A stretch of DNA of 64,000 nucleotides, from positions 288,598 through 352,597 of the forward strand of contig CAVXUB010000006.1 of NCBI GenBank assembly GCA_963764805.1, in the 5' to 3' direction. Source of the DNA: an uncultured Actinomycetota bacterium (GTDB lineage: Bacteria; Actinomycetota; Acidimicrobiia; Acidimicrobiales; Bog-793). Below the pieces are notes generated by a model. That model searched no databases. It saw only the letters and a list, made by a program, of their open reading frames with translations, and had not been told where the DNA came from. Below, one piece after another: positions 44,128 through 57,282 of the stretch (the first letter of the stretch is position 1; every line of letters begins with the position of its first letter). Both the position numbers and the translations under genes were made by a program.

Positions 44128-44904
44128 CTAGAGCGGCGTGACGTACGCCCCGCTCACGCCACCGTCGACGAGGAAGGTGCTGGCGGTCACGAAGGACGAG
44201 TCGTCGGAGGCGAGGAAGGCGGCGGCGGCCGCGATCTCCTCAGGCTCGGCGAAGCGACCCATCGGCACGTGCACCAACCTCCTTGCCGCCCGCTCGGGGT
44301 CCTTGGCGAACAGCTCCTGCAACAAGGGCGTGTTTACCGGGCCGGGGCAGAGCGCGTTGACCCTGATGCCCTGGCGTGCGAACTGCACGCCGAGCTCGCG
44401 GGACATGGAGAGGACCCCGCCCTTCGATGCCGAGTAGGAGATCTGCGAGGTGGCCGACCCGAGCACGGCGACGAACGAGGCGGTGTTGATCACAGAGCCA
44501 CCGCCCGCCTCCAAGAGGTGCGGGATGCCGTACTTGCAGCAGTAGTAGACGCTCGTCAGGTTGACCTCCTGCACCCGCCGCCAGGCGTCGATCTCGGTGT
44601 CGAGGATCGAGTCGTCGTCGGGCGGCGAGATCCCGGCGTTGTTGAAGAGGACGTTCAACTTCCCGAAACGCTCGACCGCGGCGCCGTACATCCCCCTCAC
44701 GCTGCCGGCGTCGGCGACGTCCACGTGGACGTAGAGGCCGTCGATCTCAGCGGCGAGAGCCCGCCCGTTCTCGTCGTCGAGGTCGGCGACGACCACCTCT
44801 GCGCCCTCCGCCGCGAAGCGGCGAGCGCTCGCGCTGCCGATCCCCCCGGCCGCCCCGGTGATGCAGGCGACCTTGCCCTCCAGCCTTCCTGAGCTTGCGG
44901 CCAA
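44128..44904 (-). CDS. Short-chain dehydrogenase/reductase (Rv2857c-like)
   Basis: TGAAGGIG, NNAGISPPDD, YSASKG and a C-terminal GAYVTPL. Confidence 0.9.
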   Translation of the reverse strand: MAASSGRLEGKVACITGAAGGIGSASARRFAAEGAEVVVADLDDENGRALAAEIDGLYVHVDVADAGSVRGMYGAAVERFGKLNVLFNNAGISPPDDDSILDTEIDAWRRVQEVNLTSVYYCCKYGIPHLLEAGGGSVINTASFVAVLGSATSQISYSASKGGVLSMSRELGVQFARQGIRVNALCPGPVNTPLLQELFAKDPERAARRLVHVPMGRFAEPEEIAAAAAFLASDDSSFVTASTFLVDGGVSGAYVTPL

Positions 44905-44937
44905 GCCCCTGCCTCCGATCCTCGGGCGCCCGGGCCG

Positions 44938-46296
44938 TCAGGCCTCGGTGGCGATGAACACGTTCTTTAGCTCCGTGAAGCCCTCCAGCGCGTCGGGGCC
45001 GAGCTCGCGCCCGAGACCCGACTGCTTGAAGCCGCCGAAGGGGGTCCAGTAACGGACCGAAGAGTGCGAGTTCACGGACAGGGTGCCGGTCTCGACAGCC
45101 CGCGCCACCCGGAAGGCCCTCCCGACGTCTCGGGTCCAGATCGAGCCGGACAGCCCGTAGGGGGAGTCGTTGGCGAGCCGCACGGCCTCGGCCTCGTCCT
45201 CGAAGGGCACGACAGCCACCACCGGGCCGAAGATCTCCTCCCGCCAGGCCCTGTCGGACGGGTCGACCGGCGAGAGGACGGTCGGGGGGAACCAGTAGCC
45301 CCTGCCCTCGGGGGCGGTGCCCCGGAACGCGACGGTCGCTTCGTCCACGAAACCGGCGACGGTCTCGCGCTGGCCGGCGCTGATGAGCGGGCCCATCTCG
45401 CTCGCCTCGTCATGCGGGTCGCAGACGCGCACGCCCTTTACGGCCGGCTCGAGCAGCTCCATGAACCGGTCGAAGGCGGAGCGCTCGACGAGGATCCGCG
45501 AGCGGGCGCAGCAGTCCTGGCCGGCGTTGTCGAACACCCCGTAGGGGGCGGTGGCGGCCGCCTTTTCGAGGTCGCAGTCGGCGAAGACGATGTTGGCGCT
45601 CTTGCCGCCCAGCTCCAGCGTCACCCGCTTCACCTGGTCGGCGCAGCCGGCCATGATCTGCTTGCCCACCTCCGTCGAGCCGGTGAAGCAGATCTTGCGG
45701 ACGGCGGGATGGGTGACGAAGCGGTTGCCGACGACCGATCCTTTACCCGGGAGGACCTGGAAGACGTGCTCCGGCAGGCCGGCCTGCAGGGCGAGCTCGC
45801 CGATCCTGATCGCCGTGAGGGGCGTCAGCTCGGCCGGCTTCAGCACGACGGCGTTGCCCGCCGCCAGCGCCGGGGCGAAGCCCCAGGAGGCGATCGGCAT
45901 CGGGAAGTTCCAGGGCACGATGACGCCGACGACGCCGATCGGCTCCCGGAACGTGATGTCCACCCCGCCGGGGACCGGGATCTGGCGACCCGTCAACCGC
46001 TCGGGGGCACCGGAGTAGTACGCCAGCACGTCGCGGACGTTGCCGGCTTCGAAGAGGGCGTTGTTGATGGTGTGGCCGGAGTTTTGGACTTCGAGGTCGG
46101 CAAGGTCGTGGCGGGCGGCATCGACTGCCTCGGCGAAGGCCCGCAGCAGGCGGGCCCGGTCGCCCGGGGCTATCTGGCGCCACTTCTCCTGGGCGGCGGC
46201 GGCCCGCTCGATCGCCTCGTCGACGGCTTCTGCCGGCGTCGGCTCGACCTCGGCGATCACCTCCTCGGTGGCGGGGTTGACGACGGCGGTGCTCAA
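44938..46296 (-). CDS. Aldehyde dehydrogenase
   Basis: VPWNFP, FTGSTEVG, LELGGKS, GQDCCARSR, EEIFGPV and PFGGFKQSG; the TTG start overlaps the glnA4 stop. Confidence 0.93.
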   Translation of the reverse strand: MSTAVVNPATEEVIAEVEPTPAEAVDEAIERAAAAQEKWRQIAPGDRARLLRAFAEAVDAARHDLADLEVQNSGHTINNALFEAGNVRDVLAYYSGAPERLTGRQIPVPGGVDITFREPIGVVGVIVPWNFPMPIASWGFAPALAAGNAVVLKPAELTPLTAIRIGELALQAGLPEHVFQVLPGKGSVVGNRFVTHPAVRKICFTGSTEVGKQIMAGCADQVKRVTLELGGKSANIVFADCDLEKAAATAPYGVFDNAGQDCCARSRILVERSAFDRFMELLEPAVKGVRVCDPHDEASEMGPLISAGQRETVAGFVDEATVAFRGTAPEGRGYWFPPTVLSPVDPSDRAWREEIFGPVVAVVPFEDEAEAVRLANDSPYGLSGSIWTRDVGRAFRVARAVETGTLSVNSHSSVRYWTPFGGFKQSGLGRELGPDALEGFTELKNVFIATEA

Positions 46297-47657
46297 AGCC
46301 GCTCGAACCCTCTGAACCGCTCCCAGTCGGTCACCGCGCCGTTGTAGGCGGCGAGCTCGACCCGGGCGTAGTTCGTGTAGTGGTCGACCACGTCGTCGCC
46401 GAAGGCGTGCCGGGCGATGGTGCTGCGCTCGAACCGCTCGGCGGCGTCGGCCATCGTCGCCGGGACGCGGGCCTTGCCGGAGGTGTAGGCGTTGCCCTCG
46501 AAGGCCGGCTCGAGCTCCAGCTCGTTGTCGACGCCGTGCAGGCCGGCGGCGATCAGGGCGGCGATCGTCAGGTAGGGGTTGGCGTCGCCTCCTGGGACCC
46601 GGCACTCCATCCTGAGCGACGGCCCGTGGCCGACGATGCGGTAGGCGCACGTGCGGTTGTCGCGGCCCCAGGCGAGCGCTGTCGGGGCGAAGGACCCCTC
46701 GACGTAGCGCTTGTAGCTGTTGATGTTGGGGGCCACGAAGAGGGTCAGCTCGGCGAGGGCGGCCAGCTGGCCGGCGAGGAAGTGCTCGAAGGTGGCCGAC
46801 ATACCGCCAGGGCCGTCGCCGGCGAAGACGGCATCCCCATCGGGGCCGTGCTTACGGAGCGAGAAGTGCACGTGGCAGGAGTTGCCCTCGCGCTCGTCGA
46901 ACTTGGCCATGAAGGTGATGCTGCAGCCTTCCTGCGCCGCGATCTCCTTGGCGCCAGTCTTGAACACGGCGTGCTCGTCGGCCTTGGCGAGTGCCTCGTC
47001 GTAGAGGAAGGCGAGCTCGTGCTGGCCGAAGTTGCACTCGCCTTTCACTGATTCGACGGACATGCCGGCGGCCGTCATGTCACGCCGCAGCCGGCCGAGG
47101 AGCGGCTCGATGCGGGAAGTCCCGAGGATCGAGTAGTCGATGTTGTACTGGTTGGCAGGGGTCAGGCCCCTGTACGCCGAGGACCACGCCTGCTCGTAGC
47201 TGTCCCGAAACACCATGAACTCGAGCTCCGTCCCCGCCAGCGCCGTCCACCCCCGCTCGGCCAGCCGGGCGAGCTGTCGTCGCAGCACCTGGCGCGGCGC
47301 CGCCGTGACCGGCGAGCCGTCCTCCCATTCGGGATCGGCCATGCACAAAGCGGTGCGCTCGTGCCAGGGGATCATGCGGAGCGTGCTCTGGTCGGGCTTC
47401 ATCACGAAGTCGCCGTAGCCTCGTTCCCACGACGCCATCTCGTAGCCGCCGACGGTGCGCATGTCGACGTCCACTGCCAGCAGGTAGTTGCAGCCCTCCG
47501 AGGAGTGCGGCAGGACGCTGTCGAGGAAGAAGCGGGCGTCGCAGCGCTTTCCCTGCAGCCGGCCCTGCATGTCGGTGATCGCCAGCACGACCGTGTCGAC
47601 GGCGCCGTCGGCCACGAGCGAACGCAGCTGCTCGAGATCGAGCTTGCCTTGACCCAT
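46293..47657 (-). CDS. glnA4: Glutamine-synthetase-like gamma-glutamyl-amine ligase (GlnA4 type)
   Basis: DMQGRLQGKR, ASWERGYGDF, ELEF, KGECNFGQHE, GNSCHVH and ECRVPGGDANPY; clustered with ALDH, SDR and a C26 hydrolase. Confidence 0.8.
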   Translation of the reverse strand: MGQGKLDLEQLRSLVADGAVDTVVLAITDMQGRLQGKRCDARFFLDSVLPHSSEGCNYLLAVDVDMRTVGGYEMASWERGYGDFVMKPDQSTLRMIPWHERTALCMADPEWEDGSPVTAAPRQVLRRQLARLAERGWTALAGTELEFMVFRDSYEQAWSSAYRGLTPANQYNIDYSILGTSRIEPLLGRLRRDMTAAGMSVESVKGECNFGQHELAFLYDEALAKADEHAVFKTGAKEIAAQEGCSITFMAKFDEREGNSCHVHFSLRKHGPDGDAVFAGDGPGGMSATFEHFLAGQLAALAELTLFVAPNINSYKRYVEGSFAPTALAWGRDNRTCAYRIVGHGPSLRMECRVPGGDANPYLTIAALIAAGLHGVDNELELEPAFEGNAYTSGKARVPATMADAAERFERSTIARHAFGDDVVDHYTNYARVELAAYNGAVTDWERFRGFERL

Positions 47658-47692
47658 CCGGCCGGATGGTAGCTGACCGGTAGGCTCGGCTC

Positions 47693-48889
<1,197 letters not shown>

Positions 48890-48970
48890 GCGGCTCGGGC
48901 GGCTGCCGGCTCGGGCGGCTGCCGGGCTGCGCCCGGGCGGCTGCGCGGTGCTCGGACTACCGTGAGGCTC

Positions 48971-50570
48971 ATGCGCAGGCTCTTGCTCGTCCTGGCACCG
49001 GTGGCGCTGCTCTCGGCTCTCGCTCTGCCGGCCAATCCCGCCGGCGCGACTCTTCAACCCGGCGTCAACGCCAAGGTCTACGTCACTGCTTCGGGTGGTC
49101 CCTGGTACCTGGCGCTCGGCGACTCGCTGGCCGCCGGGGTGGGGGCGCCTGCCGGGCAGGGCTACGTCGACGACATCTACGACCACGAGAAGGCCAACTT
49201 CCCCGGCCTTCAGCTGGAGAACCTGGGCTGCCCTGGCGAGACCACCACGTCGATGATCTCGGGCGGCGTGTGCACGTTCACGGCTGGCAACCAGCTGGCA
49301 CAGGCGGAAGCCTTCCTCAGCGCGCATCCCGGCCAGGTCGCCTTCGTGACGATGGACATCGGCGCCAACGACATCGACGGATGCGCCAGCGGCGGCTCGA
49401 TCAACGTGCAGTGCGTGCTGAACGGGCTGAAGGCGATCCAGACCAACATGCCGACGATCCTGCACGGGCTCACCGCCGCCTACCCGGGCAAGCTGAACCT
49501 GTTCGGGATGGATTACTACGACCCGTTCCTGGCCTACTGGCTGAACGGGTCGAGCGGCCAGTCGCTCGCCAAGCTGACCACGGCGCTCGTGCCGGTGCTC
49601 AACGGCGACCTTCAAGGCGACTACGCCGCCTACGGCGCGCCCACAGCCGACGTCCAGGCCGCCTTCGCCACGATGGACTTCGCAACGATGGGCACCTACA
49701 ACGGGCACACCTACCCGCTCAACGTCGCACGCATCTGCAACTGGACCCTGATGTGCGTAGCCGGCAACATCCACACCAACCCCACCGGGCATGCCGTCCT
49801 GGCGTCCACCTTCGACGCACTCATCGACCGGGTGCTGTTCAGAGGAGGTGGGCGCGGCCTCTGGCTCGTCGGGGGCGACGGCGGGGTTTTCTCGTTCGGC
49901 ACGGCCCGCTTCTTCGGCTCGATGGGCGCCTCGCACCTCAACGCCGCTGTCCTCGGCATGGCGGCGACCAGTGACGGCGGCGGTTACTGGCTCGTCGGTG
50001 CCGACGGCGGGGTGTTCGCCTTTGGCGATGCGCACTTCGTGGGCTCCCTCGCCGGTCAGCGTCTGTCGTCGCCGATCATCGGCATCGCCGGCACGCCCGA
50101 CAACCGGGGCTACTGGCTAGCCGCTGCGGATGGCAGCGTCTACGCCTTCGGCGATGCGCCACCGCTAGGTGGCGTCCCCTCCTCCAAGGCGGCTCATCTG
50201 GTGGGGATCCTCGGCTCGCCGAGCGGTTTCGGGTACAACCTGATCGACGGCTCCGGAAGGGTGTTCGGGTTCGGCGACGCAGTCACGCCGGGCCAGCTGT
50301 CCAATCCGGCTCCGGTCACGGCAGCTCATCGCGACGCCTGACGCCAACGGTTACGCCCTCATGTCGGGTGGGAAGCTCGTGGACTTCGGCGACGCCCATT
50401 ACTCGGGGAGCTTCGGGCCATCATTTGTCGCCGGCGCCTCTGATCTCTGGCACGGCGTCTGGGTGGTGGACGCTCTGGGCCTGATCGACGACGACGGCGC
50501 CGCCAACGTGGGCCAACTTCCGGCTGGCTTCCACCTCAACCGGGACATCGTCGGGGCGGCTGCCAATTGA
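48971..50570 (+). CDS. Secreted SGNH/GDSL hydrolase with C-terminal GYWLV-type repeats (indel near 50327)
   Basis: Signal peptide; LGDSL, GCPGETT, IGAND and NIHTN; repeats GYWLVGADGGVFAFGDA. The tail continues into ORF 50361..50570. Confidence 0.82.
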
Positions 50571-51577
50571 CAGGTGCTGAGCCGGCGCCGCGGTCCCGGC
50601 GCATCCTCCCGCCGGGGGCCGAGGAGCAGCTGAGCGGGCCGTCATATCAGGGACTGGCGACGTTCGCCCAGCGTCCCCTCGTCACGGAGGCCGCCGACCT
50701 CGACGATCCGCGGCCCGACGTGGCGATAGTCGGGGCGCCGTGGGACGATTCGACTACGCATCGGCCCGGAGCGCGTTTTGGACCGAGGGCGTTGAGGGCG
50801 CTTGCATACGGGCCGGGCACCTACCACCTCGATCTAGGGGTCGAGCTCTTCGAGGCGCTCGACGTGGTCGACTTCGGCGACGCGATCTGCGCGCACGGGA
50901 TGGCCGAGGCGTCCCATCGCGCGATACGGGTGCGGGTGGGCGAGGTGGCCGGCCGCGGGATCATCCCGGTGGTGCTGGGGGGTGATCACTCCATCACATG
51001 GCCCTCGGCGACGGCTGTGGCCGAGGCTGTGGGATGGGGGAAGCTCGGCGTCATCCACTTCGACGCTCATGCCGACACGGCCGACGTGATCGACGGCAAC
51101 CTGGCCAGCCACGGCACCCCGATGCGCCGGCTGATCGAGTCGGGAGCCGTGCAGGGCCGGCACTTCGTGCAGGTGGGGCTTCGCGGCTACTGGCCTCCGG
51201 CGGATGTCTTCGCCTGGATGGAGAGCCAGCAGATGCGCTGGCATCTGATGCAGGAGGTGTGGGAGCGGGGCATCAATGCCGTGATGGAGGACGCCATCGC
51301 CGAGGCGCTCGACGGCTGTGAGGCGCTCTACCTGTCGGTCGACATCGACGTGCTCGATCCTGGCTTCGCGCCGGGGACGGGGACGCCCGAGCCCGGCGGC
51401 CTGACTCCGGCCGATCTGCTGCGGGCGGTGCGGCGCATCGCCGTCGAGACCCCGCTCGTCGCCCTCGACGTCGTCGAGGTCTCTCCGCCCTACGACTGGG
51501 CGGAGCTGACGATCAACAACGCCCACCGGGTGGTGCTCGAGATGCTGGCCGGCACCGCCGTCCGCCTCGGCCGATGA
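50567..51577 (+). CDS. speB: Agmatinase / ureohydrolase
   Basis: GARFGP, GGDHSIT, HFDAHADT, SHGTP and SVDIDVLDPGFAPGTGTPEPGG. The exact substrate within the family is uncertain. Confidence 0.85.
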   Translation: MTGAEPAPRSRRILPPGAEEQLSGPSYQGLATFAQRPLVTEAADLDDPRPDVAIVGAPWDDSTTHRPGARFGPRALRALAYGPGTYHLDLGVELFEALDVVDFGDAICAHGMAEASHRAIRVRVGEVAGRGIIPVVLGGDHSITWPSATAVAEAVGWGKLGVIHFDAHADTADVIDGNLASHGTPMRRLIESGAVQGRHFVQVGLRGYWPPADVFAWMESQQMRWHLMQEVWERGINAVMEDAIAEALDGCEALYLSVDIDVLDPGFAPGTGTPEPGGLTPADLLRAVRRIAVETPLVALDVVEVSPPYDWAELTINNAHRVVLEMLAGTAVRLGR

Positions 51578-52047
51578 CGCCGGCGGAGGCGCTGACGCCG
51601 GAGGAGGCGCTGGCGCTGGCGCTGGCCCGGCGGCTGCACGCGGGCCAGGTCGACAAGGTCGGGCGGCCGTACCACCACCACGTGGAGGAGGTGGCTGCGG
51701 CGGTGCGCGAGGCGGGGGGCAGCGAGGATCAGGTCGTCGCCGCCTACCTGCACGACTCAATCGAGGACACGGAGGTGACAGCCGGCGAGCTTCGAAGTGC
51801 CGGCGTGCCGGCAGGCGCCGTCGAGATCGTCGAGATCCTCACCCATCCCGAGGGCGAGCCTCGTGAGGACTATGTGCGGCGGGTGCTGGCGGACGAGCGT
51901 GCGGTGCTCGTCAAGCTGTGCGATCTGTGGTCGAACCTGACGCCGAGCCGGCTGATGCGGGTCGGGTCGGCCGAGCGAGGGAAGCTGTTGCAGAAGTACG
52001 CCCAGGACCTGGGACAGATCGGACGGGCTGCGTCGGGGGACTCTTAG
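51574..52047 (+). CDS. Stand-alone HD-domain protein (RelA/SpoT hydrolase-like)
   Basis: HAGQVDKVGRPY..H, AAYLHDSIED and VKLCD..SN. Confidence 0.78.
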   Translation: MTPAEALTPEEALALALARRLHAGQVDKVGRPYHHHVEEVAAAVREAGGSEDQVVAAYLHDSIEDTEVTAGELRSAGVPAGAVEIVEILTHPEGEPREDYVRRVLADERAVLVKLCDLWSNLTPSRLMRVGSAERGKLLQKYAQDLGQIGRAASGDS

Positions 52048-52098
52048 GTATCTCGGGCGGACAAGACGTCGTGCCTGCGGCAGGGTACGGTGACGGCG

Positions 52099-53049
52099 AT
52101 GGCTCCGATCGATGCGCGAAGGTTCAGGTTCAGCCTGCAAGCGGCGGTGGCGCCTTCACGCCAGGAGTGGGTGGAGCTGGCGATGACGGCTGAGGATGCG
52201 GGGTTCGCCTTGCTCGTGACGCCTGACCATCTGCTCGACTGCCTGTCTCCTTTGGCGCCTCTCGTCCTGGCCGCCGAGGCGACCAAGAGCATGCGCGTCG
52301 GGACGCTCGTCCTCAACAACGACCTGCGACATCCAGCGGTGCTCGCCCGCGAGGCAGCGACGATCGATCTGTTGACAGAGGGGCGGTTCGAGCTCGGTCT
52401 TGGCGCCGGGCACGCGTTCCCCGAGTACGAGCGGATCGGCCTCTCGTTCGACCCGGCCCTGATCCGGATCTCCCGCCTGGCGGAGGCCCTGCACATAGTC
52501 CGCCGGTTGCTCGATGGCGAGCACCTCGAGTTCTCGGGAGATCACTACCAACTGGCCGGCGAGACTTGCTTCCCGCGTCCGGTCCAGGAACACCTGCCGC
52601 TGATCGTGGGCGGAGGCGGCCGGCGCGTGCTGGCACTCGCCGCGCGGACAGCGGACACGGTGGGGCTGACCGGGCTCGGCCGGACTCTTGGGGACGGCCA
52701 GCACCATAAGGCATCGGGGTTCCCGCCATCGGCCGTGGACCGGCAGGTGTCGTGGGTGAGGAAGCACGCCGAGTCGAGGGGCCGCTCGGTCGAGCTGCAG
52801 GCGCTCGTGCAGCAGGTCGTGATCACGGACAAGCCGACGGTCGTGGCGGGTGAGCTGATCGATGGTCCGCTGGCACCTCTCACGGTCGAGGAAGTGCTGG
52901 AGACGCCCTACATGATGATCGGACCTGTCGAGTCGCTGATCGAGAAGATCGAGGCCGGGCGGGAGCGGTGGGGCATCTCCCACTACACGTTCCGCTCCGC
53001 CTCGCTCGTCGATGCGGCGCCGATAGTGGAGGCTCTCGCCGGCAAGTAG
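52099..53049 (+). CDS. LLM-class, probably F420-dependent oxidoreductase
   Basis: FRFSLQ, PDHL, VGTLVLNNDLRHPAVLARE, GRFELGLGAG and RERWGISHY; TACGGT 7 nt upstream of the ATG. Confidence 0.87.
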   Translation: MAPIDARRFRFSLQAAVAPSRQEWVELAMTAEDAGFALLVTPDHLLDCLSPLAPLVLAAEATKSMRVGTLVLNNDLRHPAVLAREAATIDLLTEGRFELGLGAGHAFPEYERIGLSFDPALIRISRLAEALHIVRRLLDGEHLEFSGDHYQLAGETCFPRPVQEHLPLIVGGGGRRVLALAARTADTVGLTGLGRTLGDGQHHKASGFPPSAVDRQVSWVRKHAESRGRSVELQALVQQVVITDKPTVVAGELIDGPLAPLTVEEVLETPYMMIGPVESLIEKIEAGRERWGISHYTFRSASLVDAAPIVEALAGK

Positions 53050-53179
53050 GCGGGTTGATCCCGCGGGCAGGCGCTCGAGCTCGCTTGGTCGGGCACAGTC
53101 GATTGACGAGCAGCTACCGCCGCCCGCAACTGCCTCCAGCTACCCCTTGACCGGCCCCTGTCCGGCGGCCGGAGGAGGG

Positions 53180-53380
53180 CTATTCGGCGACGCCCATCCG
53201 GCGCAGGTAGGCGAGACGCCTGGCTGCAGCGGCTTGCCAGGCTGAAAGATCGGCTTCGAACTGACCTCGGTCACCGTCCTCGTAGGCGTGTTCGAGCTCG
53301 TCGAACGCCGCGTCTTCGAGGTCGAGCAGCTCCCTGTAGTGCTGGAGCGTGTGCTCGTCGATCACTCCGGTCAGCGTCAT
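53180..53380 (-). CDS. Small acidic helical hypothetical protein
   Basis: 66-aa ORF with GC3-rich codons and an AAGGGG RBS-like sequence. Confidence 0.55.
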   Translation of the reverse strand: MTLTGVIDEHTLQHYRELLDLEDAAFDELEHAYEDGDRGQFEADLSAWQAAAARRLAYLRRMGVAE

Positions 53381-53527
53381 CGCCACCCCTTTCGTGGACC
53401 TTCGATGGCCCGAGCGTACCGCCCCTCGGCCGGTCCTGCCCAGCGCAACGGTGCCGATTTGGCTCCGGTTGTGGACCCTGGGGTGATGTTGCGGGAGTGG
53501 TTCGGGTGGCTCTTGAGATGTGTCGCC

Positions 53528-53824
53528 TCAGGCGGTCGCGACGATCTCGAAGTGCTCCACGACCGGGCGCGGCTCGTAGAAGTGGTGGAGCAACGTCCGC
53601 CACTCCTCAAAGGCCGGGGACCCTCTGAACCCCTCGGTGTGGGCGTGCAGCGTTTCCCATTCGACGAGCAGCAGGTATCGCCCGGCGGTCTCGATGCATC
53701 GTTCGAGGCGCAGGCTGCGGAAGCCGTCGGACGAGGCGATCAGCTCCTTCGCCCTGGCGAACGCGGCCTCGAAGTCGGCCGCGCGGTCAGGCGTCATGTC
53801 GAGGATGGCATGCTCGAGCACCAT
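53528..53824 (-). CDS. ABM (antibiotic biosynthesis monooxygenase) domain protein
   Basis: MVLEHAIL, YLLLVEWETL.AH..GFRGS and HHFY.P.PVVEHF; GGAGG RBS. Confidence 0.88.
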   Translation of the reverse strand: MVLEHAILDMTPDRAADFEAAFARAKELIASSDGFRSLRLERCIETAGRYLLLVEWETLHAHTEGFRGSPAFEEWRTLLHHFYEPRPVVEHFEIVATA

Positions 53825-53889
53825 TTGAGCCTCCAGAATCGTCGGGGAACGACGAACTGTGTCATCCAGCTGAGCGCTGGCGCTATGTG

Positions 53890-53978
53890 AGGTGACACAC
53901 TTCGGCCGGGCAGACCGGTCGATCTCTGCAAAGCGTGTCATCCTGCTGAGCGTCCGCGCTCTATCAGGTGACACGCTT
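53890..53978. repeat. Three copies of a GRTGACACRCTT motif in alternating orientation
   Basis: GGTGACACACTT (53891-53902), AAGCGTGTCATC (53931-53942) and GGTGACACGCTT (53967-53978). Confidence 0.7.
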
Positions 53979-54002
53979 CGATCTCCTGGGCCTCCCGTGG
54001 CC

Positions 54003-54398
54003 TCAGAACGTGGTGGAATCCCGCACGTCCCTGAGTCCAGCCACTACATCTTCGTGGCTGAGACGCTCGAGGAGAGGCTGGGCCTCCACGAGCCGGTGCG
54101 CATCACCCCTGACTCGGATCGCTCCGGCCGCGAGGACCTCTCCGATCGTGCGCTCACCTGACGCCAGGGCGCGGGCGACCTCGTAGGACTCGACGAGGGT
54201 CACCTCGGCGCCCGCCACGCCACCCGCCGCGCCGGCTCCTGCGCCGAGCACCATCGTGTACTCGACGTCGCCGCCCGGCGCGTCACGCACGATCTGCCCC
54301 AGTGCCAGCGACCCGCCCTCAGCAGGCGCGCCAGCCCAAGCTCTGTCGAGCACTGCACCCAGCTCGGCGAGCCACTCGTCCGATAGGAAGAGAGGCAC
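54003..54398 (-). CDS. SCP2 sterol/lipid-binding-like protein
   Basis: FLSDEWL at the N-terminus; YEVARALASG and GAIRVRGD, typical of SCP2 folds. Confidence 0.6.
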   Translation of the reverse strand: MPLFLSDEWLAELGAVLDRAWAGAPAEGGSLALGQIVRDAPGGDVEYTMVLGAGAGAAGGVAGAEVTLVESYEVARALASGERTIGEVLAAGAIRVRGDAHRLVEAQPLLERLSHEDVVAGLRDVRDSTTF

Positions 54399-54414
54399 GC
54401 CTCAGGCGTCTGGG

Positions 54415-55484
<1,070 letters not shown>

Positions 55485-55485
<1 letters not shown>

Positions 55486-57282
55486 CAGTGCCCCTCCTCG
55501 AGGAGTTCCCTCAACTCATCGGGGAGGACCGGCTTCGGCTCGGGTGTTACTGAGTACTCGCCGTCGCGCCAGCGCACCACGAAGTTCACCTTCTCGAGCT
55601 CAGGGTCGGGTTTCGGATAGTCGTCGCGGGTGTGCCCGCCCCGGCTCTCCTTGCGGGCGAGGGCGCCGAGCGTCGTGCAGTTGGACACCGCCAGCATCGA
55701 CTCCAGGTCGAGCGCCAGGTGCCAGCCGGGGTTGAACTGGCGATGACCTTCGACCTGCGTCTTGGCCGCCCGCGGCTCGAGCTCGGCGAGCTTGACGCCG
55801 CGCCTCTTGCAGCTCGGCCTCGTTGCGGATGATCCCGACCAGCGACTGCATCGTCTCCTGCAGCTCGTGGTGGATCGAATACGGGTTGTCCCCTCCGTCG
55901 TGGTCGAAGAATGAGAGGGCGTACTGGGTGACCTCGCTGATCTGCGCCTCGTCGAGCTGCACCTCTCCGCCGCCGAGGGCGGCCTCACCAGCCGCTAGAC
56001 CCGCTCGCCGCCCGAACACGATGAGGTCGGACAGCGAGTTGCCGCCCAGCCGGTTCGCTCCGTGCATCCCGCCCGCAACCTCGCCCGCGGCATAGAGCCC
56101 GGGGACCGTCGTCTCGGCCGTGTCGGCCTCCACCCGCACGCCGCCCATGATGTAGTGCAGCGTCGGCCCGACCTCCATCGGCTCCGCCGTGATGTCGACG
56201 TCCGCCAGCTCCTTGAACTGGTGGTACATCGAGGGCAGCCGGCGCTTGATGTACTCGGGCGAGCGGCGGGAGGCGATGTCGAGGAAGACCCCGCCATGGG
56301 GACTACCCCGGCCGGCCTTCACCTCCGAGTTGATCGCTCTCGCCACCTCGTCACGCGGCAGCAGGTCCGGTGGCCGACGGAAGTCCTTCTTGTTGTCGTA
56401 CCAGCCTTCGGCCTCTTGCTCTGTGTCGGCGGTCTCGTCGGCGAAGTAGGGCGAGATGTAGTCGAACATGAAGCGCTTGCCGTCGATGTTCTTGAGGACG
56501 CCGCCGTCGCCGCGCACCCCCTCGGTGACGAGCAGGCCACGAGCCGACGGCGGCCAGACCATCCCCGTCGGGTGGAACTGCACGCACTCCATGTCGATCA
56601 GGTCGGCACCTGCCCAGAGCGCCAGGGCATGGCCGTCCCCTGTCGACTCCCAGGAGTTAGAGGTGAACTTCCAAGCCTTCCCGACCCCGCCGGTGGCGAT
56701 GATGACCGCCTTCGCCCCGAACACCACAAAACGACCCGACTCACGCCAGAAACCGACCGCCCCGTTCACCCGCCCGTCCGCCGACTTCAGCAGCCGGACG
56801 ATCTTGCACTCCATGAACACCTCGATACCGAGGCTGACGGCGCGGTGCTGGAGAGTGCGGATCATCTCAAGCCCCGTGCGGTCGCCGACGTGCGCCAGCC
56901 GGGCGTAGCGGTGGCCGCCGAAGTCCCGCTGGAGGATGCGCCCGTCCGGCGTGCGGTCGAAGAGCGCTCCCCACTCCTCCAGCTCGAGGACCCGGTCGGG
57001 AGCCTCCTGGGCGTGTAGCTGCGCCATCCGCCAGTTGTTCAGCATCTTGCCGCCGCGCACCGTGTCACGGAAGTGGACCTGCCAGTTGTCGTCAGGCCAG
57101 ACGTTGCCGAGCGCAGCAGCCACCCCGCCTTCGGCCATGACGGTGTGGGCCTTGCCGAGGAGCGACTTGCAGACCAGTGCCGTCTTGGCGCCGAGTGACT
57201 GCGCCTCGATGGCCGCTCGCATGCCGGCGCCGCCGGCGCCGATCACGATGACGTCGAAGTTGTGCAGCTCGTACTCGGCCAT
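55485..57282 (-). CDS. sdhA: Succinate dehydrogenase/fumarate reductase flavoprotein (indel near 55800)
   Basis: IGAGGAG, AHTVMAEGG (FAD His), QFHPTG, HYIMGG and HGANRLGGNSL; ESRGGH lies in the second frame. Confidence 0.94.
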
